From an uncultured virus (IMG/VR IMGVR_UViG_3300028048_000084) (taxonomy: Duplodnaviria; Heunggongvirae; Uroviricota; Caudoviricetes): DNA of 64,000 bases. The stretch lies in IMG/VR virus record IMGVR_UViG_3300028048_000084; one strand, written 5' to 3'. Made by a program: the position numbers and the translations under genes. This document shows, in pieces, positions 31,123 through 41,908 of this stretch (within the stretch, counting starts at the first letter, position 1; every line of letters starts with the position of its first letter). A model generated the notes under the pieces. It saw only the letters and a program-made list of their open reading frames with translations. It was not told the DNA's origin and searched no databases.

Positions 31123-32451
31123 TTAATTAGCAGAACTGTTTAGCAGGTTCTTAACGAAGGTTTTTTTGTCCATTCCACGGAGTTTAGCCATTGTTGAAAC
31201 GTATTTAGTATATTCGTTGTGCAAAGCCACGGTACGTCCATAGAACGTATTTTTGTTTTTGCGAGGATGGTCTTTAAGTCTATACTGTGCGGAACTAAGG
31301 TCGATTTCTGTATATCCAACAATAGTAGGGATAAAGTAGTCATTTTTACTATCTGTTTCGCTTTTAATAACTACTTTGCCACTATTCAAATCAACGATAT
31401 GATAACCTTTGTTCTTATAATCATCAATCGTTGGATAGTTAGAAATCAAAGATTCAATGAACATATCAACGATTTTCTTATCTTCTTCAGATATATCACC
31501 TGTAACAGAAAATCCTGCAAAAAGCGTATATACGTCACTAGAATCACGACTGAAATTATGGAAATAGTTTTTATCACGACTATAATATTCCATATCGCTA
31601 TTATCGAAATAATTCAGATTAAACGCAACGGAGTTCTTCAAACGAACACGAATATTACCATTGTTGAATAAATCATTGTGAATCTTATTGTAATAATTGC
31701 CAAGGAATGTTTTAATAATATCCAATTCATTATCAGACATTTTATCGAAATCCTTGAAAAACAGTTCAAAATATTTTTTGAGTGTCTGAAAGTTTTCATC
31801 ATCTTTCATATTATCAAAAATGGTTTCTACCTGTTCAAAAGAAAACAGTTCAAAAGGCATACCATTAATGATAATAATTGCATAGGCAGAAGGAACGATA
31901 AAATGATTATTAATTACATCATCAATAATACAATCATCATCATCATTCATAGAATAATAATATAGCTCATTTTTAGGCATAGACAAACCTACGATAAATG
32001 CATCATTACCTTTTTTATAGATGGCACTATTATAAAACGGAAATGTATTATTGATTGTCGTAGGAACAAAAGAAATTGTGTTGTTTTTTGCAAGCGAAAA
32101 CATTTCCATATATCTATATTTATCATCCACATACAGTTTTTTGAATGATGTAAGCAGACTTACTTTATGCCCCATGAAGTCATTAAAACAATAAATAGAA
32201 TGGCTCATTCCATTATTGTTAGTCATGTGGTTAGTGTTAATAACAATCATGTCATAGCGTTCTGTGTTCTTAATTTTTTCGATAACATCATCATCCATAT
32301 ACAAATCCTGATTACGATATGTTCCTGTGAATTTACTTTCGATAATATCGTAACCATTTTCACTATTATCAATGATTTTATGAATAAGTGGATGGTCAGT
32401 AAAAGAGTTCTCCAGAATTTCCTTTTCCAAAGTAGAAAATACGTTTGTCAT
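31123..32451 (-). CDS. Hypothetical protein, paralog of 29500-31002
   Basis: 442 aa; own promoter, GGAGG RBS and terminator. Confidence 0.8.
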   Translation of the reverse strand: MTNVFSTLEKEILENSFTDHPLIHKIIDNSENGYDIIESKFTGTYRNQDLYMDDDVIEKIKNTERYDMIVINTNHMTNNNGMSHSIYCFNDFMGHKVSLLTSFKKLYVDDKYRYMEMFSLAKNNTISFVPTTINNTFPFYNSAIYKKGNDAFIVGLSMPKNELYYYSMNDDDDCIIDDVINNHFIVPSAYAIIIINGMPFELFSFEQVETIFDNMKDDENFQTLKKYFELFFKDFDKMSDNELDIIKTFLGNYYNKIHNDLFNNGNIRVRLKNSVAFNLNYFDNSDMEYYSRDKNYFHNFSRDSSDVYTLFAGFSVTGDISEEDKKIVDMFIESLISNYPTIDDYKNKGYHIVDLNSGKVVIKSETDSKNDYFIPTIVGYTEIDLSSAQYRLKDHPRKNKNTFYGRTVALHNEYTKYVSTMAKLRGMDKKTFVKNLLNSSAN

Positions 32452-32491
32452 GATTCATTCCTCCAATATTTTGTATCTCTCATTTCGTTAT

Positions 32492-32794
32492 CTATATATT
32501 ACCACAACAAAAAAGATTTGTCAATAGTTTTAAAAAAAAATTATAAAAATAGATGATATGATTTACATACCATCTTGAAGAATGAATAAATTGATTAATA
32601 TACATGTCAACATTAACAGTTTTAGAGTGTTTTGGATTTACATTATTTTTAATACGATATTTGAAATGAATAGATTGAATCCATTGAATTGTATTGCGAA
32701 TGTAATCATCTATATGAACGATAATAAAATTTACAGGGACAAATAAAATCATCAGGAAATTAAAAATCTGTTTTATATATACATCATAATCCAT
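32492..32794 (-). pseudogene. Probably truncated ORF running into the downstream promoter
   Basis: 3' end is promoter sequence; coupled to the G-(L/I/V) operon. Confidence 0.4.
32496..32524 (-). promoter_or_regulatory. Sigma-A-type promoter
   Basis: TTGACA-17-TAATAT with TG extension. Confidence 0.8.
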
Positions 32795-33197
32795 TCATAA
32801 TAGAAAATCTATATTTTAAATCTTTTTTATTTAAATTTTTTAAACAATATGTTGGAAATGTTTGATTTATCATAGTATAAAATATTGAACCATAAGAATT
32901 AACTAAAAAAAATGCACTCAATTCTTGTGTAGCTTTTTCTACTGTTTTTTTATTGATAAAATCAGGATAATAAAATGCGGTACGAGAACGTGCAATTGTT
33001 TTTGTAGATTTTCCTTCACCCGTTGTTATAAATAAAGTTACACGAATTTTATGTGCCGAACTAAAATGATAATAATAATGAAATGCATAACAAACATTAT
33101 CATCATATATATGATACATTTCATACATCTGATTGTCTAATATGCTTGCTTTTATTGGAATATCATTGAAATGTTTGAATTTTTTTATTGTATACAT
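32784..33197 (-). CDS. G-(L/I/V)-COOH family protein
   Basis: Ends FSIMNGL*. Confidence 0.75.
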   Translation of the reverse strand: MYTIKKFKHFNDIPIKASILDNQMYEMYHIYDDNVCYAFHYYYHFSSAHKIRVTLFITTGEGKSTKTIARSRTAFYYPDFINKKTVEKATQELSAFFLVNSYGSIFYTMINQTFPTYCLKNLNKKDLKYRFSIMNGL

Positions 33198-33199
33198 TT

Positions 33200-33916
33200 T
33201 TATAACCCCAATTTAAAAATAGTGGCTTGAATGAATTTTGGATATTCTTTTTCAATATAATGATGATAAGTGTATTGAATTAAAAGATACAACATGATTT
33301 TATAATAACATTCATCTTCATTATTGTAAATGCAAATACTATACTGATTTGCGTTCCAAAAGGTATTAAAATCTTTCCATGCAGTTTTATTATTATATTC
33401 ATATCTTTGTATAAAACTATTTTTCATAGACACCTCTCCAAATGCATTAACAAACTCATGTAGTTTATAAATAGTTAAGCAAATAGATGGTGTATGGATG
33501 AAATCAATTTTGCTTTTTTTAGGAATATAATTTTTAATGGAAAATTTTATTGTAATATCTTTATATCTGGTTTTAAAAAACCAAACCATAAGATTGTTTA
33601 AATGGTCATATTTGCCTGTGTAATTAAAATAATCTAACTCAAATTTATCAGTTAGATTATTTAATGCTTGTTTACTAAGTCCATATTTGTCATTAAAAAA
33701 GAAAAGTTTATCTTCTTCATCTAATGAAACATGTAATGGTATAAAAAATTTGTGGTATATGTAAAAGAAACAACAAATAATCCAAGTCCACACATTATAA
33801 CTACATAACATAATTCTGTTGAATATATTTTGAATAAAATGAATCATAATCCAAGTCCAAACATTATAACTACATAACATAATTCTGTTGAATATATTTT
33901 GAATAAAATGAATCAT
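33200..33916 (-). CDS. G-(L/I/V)-COOH family protein with duplicated N-terminus
   Basis: Ends TIFKLGL*; 69-bp tandem duplication at the 5' end. Confidence 0.75.
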   Translation of the reverse strand: MIHFIQNIFNRIMLCSYNVWTWIMIHFIQNIFNRIMLCSYNVWTWIICCFFYIYHKFFIPLHVSLDEEDKLFFFNDKYGLSKQALNNLTDKFELDYFNYTGKYDHLNNLMVWFFKTRYKDITIKFSIKNYIPKKSKIDFIHTPSICLTIYKLHEFVNAFGEVSMKNSFIQRYEYNNKTAWKDFNTFWNANQYSICIYNNEDECYYKIMLYLLIQYTYHHYIEKEYPKFIQATIFKLGL

Positions 33917-34299
33917 AATCCAAATCCTCTAGCAATATCATTTAGAGTAATATTCGGAAACTCTTTTAATCCGTTTGCCTTTATTTTATACCAATTATCA
34001 TGATTTATTGTATCTAATAGAATGTTTCTTAGTTTTTTAGAAAGGACATTCTGATTTTTTTCTGTTATATAATATTTTCTAGTTATTTCGGTAGAAAAAT
34101 CACCAGAATGATAAATAATATATAATGCATGACTATTTTGAGAATAATTGATAGTGTATTCTAATGTTTCTGCATAGAAATTATTATAACAACCTTTTTG
34201 TAAATTGAGTTGTTCTTGTTTATAGAAAAGAACTTGACTATTATATCTTTCTAAATCTTCATTTGAAACATTAACAAAACAATTATAAAATTCTATCAT
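33913..34299 (-). CDS. G-(L/I/V)-COOH family protein
   Basis: Ends IARGFGL*; similar to 34316-34684. Confidence 0.75.
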   Translation of the reverse strand: MIEFYNCFVNVSNEDLERYNSQVLFYKQEQLNLQKGCYNNFYAETLEYTINYSQNSHALYIIYHSGDFSTEITRKYYITEKNQNVLSKKLRNILLDTINHDNWYKIKANGLKEFPNITLNDIARGFGL

Positions 34300-34315
34300 A
34301 TGTCACACCATCCAT

Positions 34316-34684
34316 TTATATACCAAAATTTTGAATAATAGTTTCTTTTGTTATCGTGGGAATATTAGTAATTTTATAATCAAGAGAAAGAATATAATGA
34401 GATTTGTTTCTAAATTCTTTATACAATCCATTTAAAATATCTTCATTGATATGTTCTGTAATTGGAACATTAAATGTGCTAAATCCACATTCATCAATTG
34501 CACAAACAACATAAACCATATTATTGTGTGTGTTATAGTTAATATAAAATTCCAATTTTGTTTCTGCTTCTCTATAATTGATTTTTGCAGGAACATTATC
34601 CAATACAATATGAAATATTTGCTCATTCATCCATCTGTCATATTCTTTTTCAGAAACATAGGTGTTGTGAATAAACATAATCAT
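34316..34684 (-). CDS. G-(L/I/V)-COOH family protein
   Basis: Ends IIQNFGI*; promoter at 34724-34751. Confidence 0.75.
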   Translation of the reverse strand: MIMFIHNTYVSEKEYDRWMNEQIFHIVLDNVPAKINYREAETKLEFYINYNTHNNMVYVVCAIDECGFSTFNVPITEHINEDILNGLYKEFRNKSHYILSLDYKITNIPTITKETIIQNFGI

Positions 34685-34772
34685 TTTTATATATCCCCTT
34701 TACGTTATATTTTCTATATGTTTATTATACCACATTTTTGTATTTTGTCAACACTTTAAAATATTTTTACAA

Positions 34773-34803
34773 AAAAAGACCTACTATTTAGTAGGTCTTT
34801 TTT
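34773..34803. terminator. Intrinsic terminator
   Basis: AAAAAAGACCTACT-ATTT-AGTAGGTCTTTTTT. Confidence 0.85.
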
Positions 34804-34804
34804 G

Positions 34805-35116
34805 TTATTGTGGGGTAACATTGATTCGTACTCCATGAACGATTTCTTTTAGATTGCGTGATGGAATACTTTTATCTTTTAATGGTTCTTGTTCTTTGAC
34901 TAGAAAATCTTGTGCAGTAGTTGGTTTTGAAACTGTTTTTGGCATAGATAAACGATTTAGTTCAGAACAGATATTATCAATGTAATCTATTTTTTCTTGT
35001 AATCTTTGTTGCAATACTTCTTTTTCTCTTTTAATTAAAAGGTATTCTTGCTGTAAACGCTCATATTTGCCTTTTAATTCAATGTATTTATCATTAATAT
35101 CATAAATGCTAGACAT
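34805..35116 (-). CDS. Hypothetical coiled-coil protein
   Basis: 103-aa ORF downstream of the ligase. Confidence 0.65.
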   Translation of the reverse strand: MSSIYDINDKYIELKGKYERLQQEYLLIKREKEVLQQRLQEKIDYIDNICSELNRLSMPKTVSKPTTAQDFLVKEQEPLKDKSIPSRNLKEIVHGVRINVTPQ

Positions 35117-35135
35117 AATGTTTTATAAACGCTCC

Positions 35136-36995
35136 TTATTCTAATAGTTCATTTAATTCTTCTTCTGTAATAATGGGAATATTTAACTCACGAGCTTTGT
35201 TGGCTTTCGTAGATGTAGAATTTTTATCATTCATAACTAGATAATTCGTCTTTTTGGTCACAGAACCAGCTACTTTATATCCTTTACTTTCTATTAAAGC
35301 AACGATTTGATTACGTGGTTTAGATAATGTACCTGTAATTACAAAAGTAAGATTTTTTGATTCTATCTGATTATCTATTGGTTTAATATATTTTCTTAGT
35401 GTTTCCATTTCTGAAATAAATTTGTCGGAAATTAATTTTTTTGCCGTTTTCTCTCCAATACCATCAATAAATGTTAAATCAGATTTTGTAGATAGAATAG
35501 CATACAAATTGTCGTATGTATGAAAAGTTTTTGCTAGAATTTTACTTACATTACTACCAATGTTTGTAAAACCAATAGATGAAATAAACACTTCTAACGG
35601 TAGTGCTTTTACTGATTGAATAGCATCAAATAAATTTTCAGCAGACTTTGTAGCAAATCCATCTAGTTGTTCAATCTGCGCTAGTGTCAGATTAAATACA
35701 TCTGTTGGTTCAGATACAAATCCTTTAGCAATTAGTTTTTCAAGAGTTTGCTTAGATAAACCTTTGATGTTCATATTTTTCTTGGAAAACATATATCCCA
35801 TGCGACTAAGCAATTTACCTTGACATGTATCATTTGTACAGATTAAATTATATGAATTTGTATTCGTTGGTTGCTTTGTAAGTACTTGTCCACAAACAGG
35901 ACAAACAGTAGGAATATTCAATTTTGTTCCATTAGATGATTGAATTTTTTGTGTAATTTTAGGAATGATTTTATTCGATTTGATTACCATAATCGTATCG
36001 CCTACATGGAAATTAAATGACTCTGCGATACCTGCATTTGATAATGTAGCTTGTGATACAGTTGTACCTTCTAATTGAATGGGGTCAAAAATAGCAATAG
36101 GAGTTACACATTCTTTTCCTACTTGCCATTTTATATCACGGATATATGTCGTTTTAGCTTCATCTTCTGCTTTATAAGCGAAAGCATTAAGCGGATGATG
36201 CACAGTAGAACCAAATTTTTCTAAACTGTGTTCAATATTTGATTTAATTACAATACCGTCTATAGGAATATTTTTGTTAATATTATCTTGATACATTTGT
36301 TCGATGTATGTAATTACACGGTCAGAAGAACAATTTGGTTGAATATAAGAAACAGTTTTAAATGATGTGTTATCTTCAATATATTTCAATTTGTCTAATT
36401 CTGTTTCATCGTAGCCAATGACATCATAAGCAAGGAATTTGATTTTGTCTAAATAAGGAGATTTATCTAGTCTACGCAAAATGCCTGCTGCTGCATTTCT
36501 TGCATTAGCAAATAATGGTTTATTTTGTTTGTCTTGTTCCTTATTAATTTCTTCAAAATCCGATTGCGTTAAAAACGCTTCTCCACGAATAGGATAATCA
36601 GAATGGTTTGGTTCATAAGGGAAGTTATTTAAAATTTCACCTTCAGAACCATTTCCTCTAGTAACAAATTTACCATCAGGATAGGCAACAATAGTTAATC
36701 CATCCAATTTTAATTCAAGTACAACAGGGTACAGTTTTTTAATTCGGTCATTTAATTTTTTCTTTTCATAGAATTTAATTTTATCTAATGAATTAATATT
36801 AGTTGGATGTGTGAAAGGTTTTAATCCTTTTTTAATATCACCAGAAATATAATTTAATTCATCTGTACCAAAATGAGTGATGAACTCATTACGGATATTA
36901 TCGTAATCTTCATCACTCATAATTGGACTATCTTCATTGTAATAAGCATTGTCCGCTTGTTTTATCTTTTGAAGTAGTGTGTCGTGTAAATTCAT
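35136..36995 (-). CDS. ligA: NAD-dependent DNA ligase
   Basis: ELKLDG, TRGNG, RGE, RNAAAG, DGIVIK, Zn finger, HhH repeats, BRCT (FVITGTLS). Confidence 0.97.
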   Translation of the reverse strand: MNLHDTLLQKIKQADNAYYNEDSPIMSDEDYDNIRNEFITHFGTDELNYISGDIKKGLKPFTHPTNINSLDKIKFYEKKKLNDRIKKLYPVVLELKLDGLTIVAYPDGKFVTRGNGSEGEILNNFPYEPNHSDYPIRGEAFLTQSDFEEINKEQDKQNKPLFANARNAAAGILRRLDKSPYLDKIKFLAYDVIGYDETELDKLKYIEDNTSFKTVSYIQPNCSSDRVITYIEQMYQDNINKNIPIDGIVIKSNIEHSLEKFGSTVHHPLNAFAYKAEDEAKTTYIRDIKWQVGKECVTPIAIFDPIQLEGTTVSQATLSNAGIAESFNFHVGDTIMVIKSNKIIPKITQKIQSSNGTKLNIPTVCPVCGQVLTKQPTNTNSYNLICTNDTCQGKLLSRMGYMFSKKNMNIKGLSKQTLEKLIAKGFVSEPTDVFNLTLAQIEQLDGFATKSAENLFDAIQSVKALPLEVFISSIGFTNIGSNVSKILAKTFHTYDNLYAILSTKSDLTFIDGIGEKTAKKLISDKFISEMETLRKYIKPIDNQIESKNLTFVITGTLSKPRNQIVALIESKGYKVAGSVTKKTNYLVMNDKNSTSTKANKARELNIPIITEEELNELLE

Positions 36996-36997
36996 TT

Positions 36998-37378
36998 TTA
37001 TTCTTCTCCAATTAATTCACCATGATTTGAAAGATATGCAACGCATTTATCAAGTGCTTCAGCAAAACACATTTTTTTACTATCAGAACAATGTGATGTA
37101 ATATAAGAACGATATTTACTAAGTTTTTTTGGAATGTCTTTCATTGAGACAAACGGTTCAGAAATCATTGTATTATCATTTGATTTAATGTAATTCTGAT
37201 GTGGCTCTCCAAAATCATCTACTCGATAATTGATATTCAGTTTCCCATCTTTATGAAAAATATCAATAACATACTGATATTTAAAAGCATCAGATGAGAA
37301 GAAAAACATTTGACGAATTAGCTCATTATTCATATTCTTACTATTACATTTATGACGATATACAGGCTTATAATTCAT
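36998..37378 (-). CDS. Hypothetical protein
   Basis: 126-aa ORF with RBS. Confidence 0.65.
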   Translation of the reverse strand: MNYKPVYRHKCNSKNMNNELIRQMFFFSSDAFKYQYVIDIFHKDGKLNINYRVDDFGEPHQNYIKSNDNTMISEPFVSMKDIPKKLSKYRSYITSHCSDSKKMCFAEALDKCVAYLSNHGELIGEE

Positions 37379-37393
37379 AATAATACATTCCCT

Positions 37394-37765
37394 TCAAACA
37401 TCAAGTTCATTATACATGGCTAGTGTTTTCGTGTTCAAATAAATATATTCACAAGAATTGTTGTGTTGTGATTGTGGATTATTATCATTGATACAATTTA
37501 TGTTAATTCCATTTTCCAAAGCAGTTGAAACACTAAAGTATTCTGATTCATTCATATAAGAAATATATGGTTCATGCATGGACTGAAATTTAATGTGGTT
37601 TGCAATTACAACCATAATTAAATTTCGTTTGAACAAATGAATAGTGTGATTGAGAAAATATTTATTCCAATCATTAGAATCTTTCAAAGTGCTAACAAAC
37701 TCTTTCAATGCTTGTTTAAATACTCCACCATACATTTTATCTTTAATTGCAATTTCGATAACCAT
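37394..37765 (-). CDS. Hypothetical protein
   Basis: 123-aa ORF with AGGAG RBS. Confidence 0.7.
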   Translation of the reverse strand: MVIEIAIKDKMYGGVFKQALKEFVSTLKDSNDWNKYFLNHTIHLFKRNLIMVVIANHIKFQSMHEPYISYMNESEYFSVSTALENGININCINDNNPQSQHNNSCEYIYLNTKTLAMYNELDV

Positions 37766-37776
37766 ATTATTCTCCT

Positions 37777-37820
37777 GTCAACTACCCGTGGTTAAAATCA
37801 CGGGATTTCTTGTCGCAACC
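37777..37820. mobile_element. Miniature IS200/IS605-family end (IscB-type GTCAACTACCC hairpin)
   Basis: GTCAACTACCCGTGGTTAAAATCACGGGATTTCTTG between two genes. Confidence 0.55.
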
Positions 37821-37824
37821 TTAA

Positions 37825-39363
37825 TTAACAAATAATCGTTTCTTCAATATCACGTGTATAATCTTTATTATAAGGAATGTACGCACGTAATTTGTTCATA
37901 CGGTCAAGATAAAAGCAAACTTTACCATTTTTGTAGTCAGATACATTATACACCAAACCATCATTTGTTTCAATGATATTTGTATTAAGATGAAAATTAT
38001 CAAGAGGTTCACGTAAATCTTCATCAGGGATTTTAGAAATAATATCATTCGTTAAATATTTTTCCAAATCTTCTTTGCCAAATTTACGTGCATGACGCAA
38101 ATCGTAAATCTCGAAATCCTCTTTTTCTTCTTCAATGCGGATAAATACATCTTCATTAACATGATTAATGTCAATATAAGGGGTTTTGTACTTATCTTCA
38201 ATCAAATGTCCCTGATAAAAAGCATTATCTTTGTATGGAATTGTATATTGTGGCTTATTATCCTTATTTAAATATACAAACACGTAGAAGTCATGATAAC
38301 CATCAATATGGCATTTTACTTTATAAAAGTATACGTGCTCATACTGAACATTTTCTTCACCATATTCTGCCATTTTGGTATCATCAATTTTTGTTTCAAA
38401 TGTAATGGGAAGATGAACTTTGGCTTCCAATTCTTTTTTAAGCCAATTCAAATCCAAAGCCTTTTTAATTTCATCATGAGAACTTTCTTTTGCTTCTACC
38501 TTTTTTTCATCAATTTTTTCCAAAGGAACGCCATTAAGTTTAAACAAATTTACACGAGAGAATTTGTTTTTGCAAATACCTCTACGAATAATTCCTTTGC
38601 GAAAGTCCTTATCCATTTTGTTAAAATCTGCATAATCAATTTCTTTATCACTTTTCGGTTCGATAGTAAATCTGTCCAAATTATTACCGATAACAGGGAT
38701 ATATAATCTCAAAGCGTTTTTGTTGTCAAGAAAAATATATCCAAAGAAATCCAAGTTTTTCTTAGAAGAAAAACGCATAACCAAATGTGGAATAATATTC
38801 TTTGAAAAATGGTCAACCGTTACATTGATAATATCATCATAGTCAATGGAAACAATGCAATCTTTATAGACAAAATCCAAAATGTTTGCATCTACATCTT
38901 CTGCATATACGTGTTCCAAATATTTGTCGAACTGTTTCTCGCTAATAGTAGCATAGCTAACCATTTGTTTACGAGAACGACCAGGGCAAACATTATTATG
39001 GAAATCTTCATACATTTTATGAATCTTATCCTTATCAGAAAACCATTCTGTGAGTTTTACCGAATCAAGAGGAATAGCATGACGAATATTGTTGTTATCT
39101 GCTTTTGACAAGAGATTGTGTTTCGGAATATAGGCACGCAGTTTATCGTTTGTATCATAATACAAGACGAAAAATACAGGCATTTCATCATCCTTGTGTG
39201 CGCTACAAAGATATGTATATGTACCCTTTGCATAAAATGTGAAATTATCAAAAGTCATGTCAACTTTGGAAAAATCAGACTTAACATTTTTATACAGTTT
39301 GTCCAAATTTTCCATTTCCTTTAGAACATCTTTACTGGTTTTGTCCATTGTCATGCGTTTCAT
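37825..39363 (-). CDS. Hypothetical protein with four internal repeats
   Basis: Y.D....LRAYIP / LRLYIP / PQYTIP / LRAYIP. Confidence 0.8.
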   Translation of the reverse strand: MKRMTMDKTSKDVLKEMENLDKLYKNVKSDFSKVDMTFDNFTFYAKGTYTYLCSAHKDDEMPVFFVLYYDTNDKLRAYIPKHNLLSKADNNNIRHAIPLDSVKLTEWFSDKDKIHKMYEDFHNNVCPGRSRKQMVSYATISEKQFDKYLEHVYAEDVDANILDFVYKDCIVSIDYDDIINVTVDHFSKNIIPHLVMRFSSKKNLDFFGYIFLDNKNALRLYIPVIGNNLDRFTIEPKSDKEIDYADFNKMDKDFRKGIIRRGICKNKFSRVNLFKLNGVPLEKIDEKKVEAKESSHDEIKKALDLNWLKKELEAKVHLPITFETKIDDTKMAEYGEENVQYEHVYFYKVKCHIDGYHDFYVFVYLNKDNKPQYTIPYKDNAFYQGHLIEDKYKTPYIDINHVNEDVFIRIEEEKEDFEIYDLRHARKFGKEDLEKYLTNDIISKIPDEDLREPLDNFHLNTNIIETNDGLVYNVSDYKNGKVCFYLDRMNKLRAYIPYNKDYTRDIEETIIC

Positions 39364-39492
39364 TGTTGTTTTCTCCCTTTCTGTTTGATTTATATTGACA
39401 AATTTCACTAGTAACCTTAATTACCATATTACAAAACAAAGCTACTATGAAAAACGTTAAAATTGGGCAGAAACTCATAAATTCAAATATAT

Positions 39493-39951
39493 TTATTTAT
39501 TTTCCTTTCTCTGTTTTAACCAAATTAAGGTTTCCAAACGGTTTTGAATAACATCTGTTTTACGCTTACAATCCATAATATCAATTATACCATTTTTATA
39601 TAGCATTTCGATTTGATATAAAAGGTTTCTTTGATATTCAATTTCATCATCCAAATTAATGTCATTGTCTTTATTTTTTAAAGCCAATATTTTATCTTTA
39701 ATGTCTAAGTCTGACATTTTAATATTAATATTCTTTACATTATGAAAGAACTTGAGATAAATTGTTACTCCAAATGATACCAACGATATAATTAATGAAA
39801 CAAATCCAATTATCATCATATAGCACATACTATTCAAAACAATGCTATCTGTACTATGTGGCATTGGAAAAACAGTATAACAAAATAATGGAATAAATAC
39901 TAAAACAATGCCGATAATAAAGGAAGCCTCTGTAAACTTTTTTAAACTCAT
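39493..39951 (-). CDS. Membrane protein
   Basis: Two N-terminal transmembrane helices; promoter TTGACA-17-TATACT at 39972-40000. Confidence 0.7.
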   Translation of the reverse strand: MSLKKFTEASFIIGIVLVFIPLFCYTVFPMPHSTDSIVLNSMCYMMIIGFVSLIISLVSFGVTIYLKFFHNVKNINIKMSDLDIKDKILALKNKDNDINLDDEIEYQRNLLYQIEMLYKNGIIDIMDCKRKTDVIQNRLETLIWLKQRKENK

Positions 39952-40082
39952 TTTGCTCACCCTCTTTGTATAGTATAACAAATTTGAAGGAATTTGTCAA
40001 CACTTTGAAACACTTCTTTTTAAATAAATAAGGCGGTATGAAAAACATACCACCTGTTATAGTCCGAATAATAATATGTATT

Positions 40083-40304
40083 TTATAGTCCGAATAATAA
40101 TATGTATTTTTTCTGAAATTCTTGTTCTGATATTTTATCTTTGCAATTGCCTAATTGTACATTCATATGGTTTACTTTACAACTCCATACACCATCATTT
40201 ATATGGTAAACCATTCCGTCGATGTCATACAAATCATATTCACCATTTTTCAAAATTATTTTTATTTGTTGCTTATCAATTGCTGTATTCATTGTTATCA
40301 CCAT
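40083..40304 (-). CDS. G-(L/I/V)-COOH family protein
   Basis: Ends YILLFGL*; last 26 bp duplicated at 40057-40082. Confidence 0.7.
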   Translation of the reverse strand: MVITMNTAIDKQQIKIILKNGEYDLYDIDGMVYHINDGVWSCKVNHMNVQLGNCKDKISEQEFQKKYILLFGL

Positions 40305-40307
40305 CTT

Positions 40308-40691
40308 TTACAATCCATAACTAATAACGGCGATTTTATTAAGTAAAGATACATTGGTAAAATGTTTTTTTATCTCAATCATAAGTTGTTTTGCATAGCT
40401 TTCACAAAAACCGTATATTGTATTTTTACGAATATAAACGTGAAAATTTTTATCATTGTATGCAAGATATACTGTAAAAGAAAATAATGTTGCTTTATTA
40501 TATTCGCCACTTATTTTATACTGATATTTGTGTTTTTGTTTTGAACCAGATAAACAAAGCGTATCAACAACTAAATCTATATGACTATTGCCAAAATTAC
40601 AAAAATTATAGAACGTATTAATAACAGAATATGAAAAACAACTATCATCTGCTTGTGTATTTCTAAAACTATAACCATAAGAATGTTTCAT
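40308..40691 (-). CDS. G-(L/I/V)-COOH family protein
   Basis: Ends AVISYGL*. Confidence 0.75.
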   Translation of the reverse strand: MKHSYGYSFRNTQADDSCFSYSVINTFYNFCNFGNSHIDLVVDTLCLSGSKQKHKYQYKISGEYNKATLFSFTVYLAYNDKNFHVYIRKNTIYGFCESYAKQLMIEIKKHFTNVSLLNKIAVISYGL

Positions 40692-40890
40692 TTATAGTCC
40701 CTCGCTATATGTTAATAGATGACTGAGCAAATTACTTGATAACGGAATTTTATTTGATTTTTTCTGTAACAAAGATTTTTTGAACAAAGATATATAAGTA
40801 AATGGAAATAATTACTTCTACAAATTTATTATCAGATACAATAGAAATATTATTACGTTCTATATCATAAAATATTTTTGTTTGTTTCAT
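40692..40890 (-). pseudogene. Broken G-(L/I/V)-COOH family gene
   Basis: ATG coupled to the upstream TGA; shifted frame ends LLTYSEGL*. Confidence 0.6.
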
Positions 40891-41384
40891 AATCCAAATC
40901 CTTTTATAATTCTGGAACGATAATATTTATTAAAAATGTATGCTCTATGTCTATACATAGATTTACAAATTTTTTGAAATGTATCTGTTTGAATTTTCAT
41001 TAAATATTTATCTATTTTTGCAATTCGTTTATCACTAAGATTAAAAAAATCTTTTGGTAAAGGGATTACTTTATCTCTGCTATTTAGTTTTTGCGAAAAA
41101 CTTTCCATAACAAATCCGTGATTTGTTTTTGTTATATCAAGTGAAAATGATGTTTTAAAAATATACCCTCTACCATTTTTCATTCTGATTGAAGTATATA
41201 GTGGTGTTTCTTTTGTTAGTTGTGATAAGTGATATACTGATGGAAATGAACGAAAAGGACATATAGTTAAATATATATAAATTGGTTTGCTTTCATCATA
41301 TATTTCCCATGATGATGTTTTAAATTGACCTAAAAATGGGGAATCAGATAAAACACTTTTTGCAAAAATATATGTATCTTTCAT
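40887..41384 (-). CDS. G-(L/I/V)-COOH family protein
   Basis: Ends IIKGFGL*. Confidence 0.75.
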   Translation of the reverse strand: MKDTYIFAKSVLSDSPFLGQFKTSSWEIYDESKPIYIYLTICPFRSFPSVYHLSQLTKETPLYTSIRMKNGRGYIFKTSFSLDITKTNHGFVMESFSQKLNSRDKVIPLPKDFFNLSDKRIAKIDKYLMKIQTDTFQKICKSMYRHRAYIFNKYYRSRIIKGFGL

Positions 41385-41827
41385 AGTCCAATCCTCAATG
41401 TCAAATTTTTCATTACATTTCCAAAATCCAAAGTCCCACTTTTGATGATAAAATGTTTTATTTTTTCGTTTTTGTTAATTGTTGATTGCGGAAAGGAAAA
41501 ATCATCTAACCCATCAAAGAGTGGAAAATTATCAATATAAAAATGTGTAAGGAACTGTTTTCTATCTTTTTGATAAGGTTGAAGTTCATTATTGTAAGAA
41601 TAACAAAGTTGACCAACAACATTTTCTGTACTTATAATTTCGTATTGTTGAATGGTGTCAATCATAATATATATACTTGTAGACAACTGCTCCTTTACTC
41701 TAGTAAAGTTTTCCCACAAGAAATTAAGATTTTCATTAGGGAACTTAACGTAAATTCTTTTATCCTGATATGGTTTCATAAATGTATATGTATCAGGATT
41801 TCTTGCTCCAATATAATATTCCCACAT
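41381..41827 (-). CDS. G-(L/I/V)-COOH family protein
   Basis: Ends LTLRIGL*. Confidence 0.75.
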   Translation of the reverse strand: MWEYYIGARNPDTYTFMKPYQDKRIYVKFPNENLNFLWENFTRVKEQLSTSIYIMIDTIQQYEIISTENVVGQLCYSYNNELQPYQKDRKQFLTHFYIDNFPLFDGLDDFSFPQSTINKNEKIKHFIIKSGTLDFGNVMKNLTLRIGL

Positions 41828-41908
41828 TATTTTTCATCTTCCTTCCTTATATAATTTTATCAAAAAAATGGTGTTTTGTCAACACCATTTTAAATTTGCA
41901 TACTATTT

